From Octopus sinensis (Eukaryota), in NCBI RefSeq assembly GCF_006345805.1, contig NC_042997.1, positions 108,562,001 through 108,626,000 on the forward strand: a stretch of 64,000 nt of DNA, written 5' to 3'. The position numbers were made by a program, and so were the translations under genes. The notes under the pieces were generated by a model, which searched no databases, was not told the DNA's origin, and saw only the letters and a list, made by a program, of their open reading frames with translations. Numbering within the stretch: the stretch's first letter is position 1; each line of letters begins with the position of its first letter. Shown here piece after piece: positions 62,878-64,000 of this stretch.

Positions 62878-63090
62878 ATTGCGACAAGTTTAAAGACATC
62901 AAGCAAAGCTAGCAGTTTCTAGATATATTTTCTTTGATAAAAGTTTATTAACTCTTTTCAACATTGAAACAATAATAAACCATGTATTTTTATATGCGAT
63001 ATTTTGAAATATTTTTCTTGTTATATTTATAAATAAACGGTATGTATAAAGCTGGGTTTCGGAGCCAACACCCGGTCGAGGTCAGCGCCT
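62878..63090. promoter_or_regulatory. Bidirectional promoter between BUD23 and DNAJC30
   Basis: 213 bp between divergent ATGs, repeat-free; palindromic ATTTATAAAT at 63025-63034 and TATAAA at 63045-63050. Confidence 0.7.
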
Positions 63091-63960
63091 ATGGCTCTCA
63101 ATAACTCCCAGATTCCTTTCAGGATCTGTTTAATTTCTCATGGATTTACCAGCAGATCGAATTTTCGAAGTATTTGTCCATCTAAGGCTCGATATTTTGA
63201 CCGAAGAAGATATCTTCAAAATGGGTTTTATACAAGTAGATTGCTCCACAATTATGTAAGTATGTGTCGACAAGTGTCTGGTCTCTTAATTAACAAACAG
63301 AGGTGCCCTTACGGCGCGCATTGGGCCATCGCAAGAAATATTTACATTTCTCAAAACAAAAGGCCTACAACACTTAACAGATTGTTATATAATCGGAAAT
63401 GCTTTTCTGTCCGTTTCCTATCTTCTAGACGTGTTGGACGTAAGTTTGAAGTAAAAAGTCGAAACTTGTTTGATGTTTTAGAAGTTACTCCCAGGGCTCA
63501 CAGTTCAGAAATTAAGAAATCTTTTTACCGGTTATCGAAACGATATCATCCTGATATAAATAAATCACAAGAAGCAGTTACAAAGTTTACAGAAATTTCT
63601 GCAGCTTATGAAATTCTTAAAGACCCTCAAAAACGTCGAATGTATGAGAGAGAACTGATGGGCAGCAAAGAAATAAGTTCTGAACAGCTCAGGAGACATA
63701 CCAGTGGAAGTATGAGCATGCAAGAGCATTACAATAAACATCTTCAAAACAAATCTCAGATTAAGAGACGTGCTGTTAAGTATGACGATGACTTTTGGGT
63801 TTATTATGGATCTATGAAGGACTCTAGGAAAAATAGCCACGAAAATTTAGAAGCAGTTTTAAAAAGATATCATGAAGAGGAAAGACATAGAAGAGCAAAA
63901 GGACTTCTAGGAGGAACGGTGGCCCTGATTTTTTTATTGGCAGTTGTGTTTTGGAAATAA
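63091..63960 (+). CDS. DNAJC30: Intronless DnaJ/Hsp40 type C protein, mitochondrial, C-terminal TM helix (DNAJC30/WBSCR18-like)
   Basis: 289-aa ORF; J domain NLFDVLEV...EIKKSFYRLSKRYHPDINK...AYEILKDPQKRRMYE with HPD; Arg/Ser-rich, acid-poor N-terminus; hydrophobic GLLGGTVALIFLLAVVFW tail; adjacent to BUD23. Confidence 0.85.
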   Translation: MALNNSQIPFRICLISHGFTSRSNFRSICPSKARYFDRRRYLQNGFYTSRLLHNYVSMCRQVSGLLINKQRCPYGAHWAIARNIYISQNKRPTTLNRLLYNRKCFSVRFLSSRRVGRKFEVKSRNLFDVLEVTPRAHSSEIKKSFYRLSKRYHPDINKSQEAVTKFTEISAAYEILKDPQKRRMYERELMGSKEISSEQLRRHTSGSMSMQEHYNKHLQNKSQIKRRAVKYDDDFWVYYGSMKDSRKNSHENLEAVLKRYHEEERHRRAKGLLGGTVALIFLLAVVFWK

Positions 63961-64000
63961 CAAACAACTTGAGTTAAATTTTGTTTTTGTATAATATGAA

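Noticed and set aside
63256-63428. Possible intron in the DnaJ ORF (GTAAGT...TTCTAG)
   Set aside because: 173 nt, so removal shifts frame to an immediate stop; the unspliced ORF is open throughout.

Overview
AT-rich, SINE- and microsatellite-dense animal genomic DNA; the repeat families point to an octopus (inference, no database search). Three protein-coding genes can be reconstructed by hand. (1) The last 9 coding exons of an ERK/MAPK1-type kinase (+, 5479-28658; TEY activation loop; the 5' exons lie upstream of the window). Three of its eight visible introns are U12 (minor-spliceosome) GT-AG introns. (2) A complete 11-exon BUD23/WBSCR22 18S rRNA m7G methyltransferase (-, 62877-40290; 281 aa). 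(3) An intronless mitochondrial-type J-protein, probably DNAJC30/WBSCR18 (+, 63091-63960), head-to-head with BUD23 only 213 bp away, the same arrangement as in the human Williams-Beuren region. Introns and intergenic DNA hold mariner, piggyBac-like and hAT elements, RTE, R4/Dong and Penelope-like remnants, several SINE families, long fold-back inverted repeats and several hammerhead-ribozyme-like motifs. Most short ORFs in the supplied track are repeat noise. Repeat boundaries are approximate; exon boundaries were checked for frame and phase.
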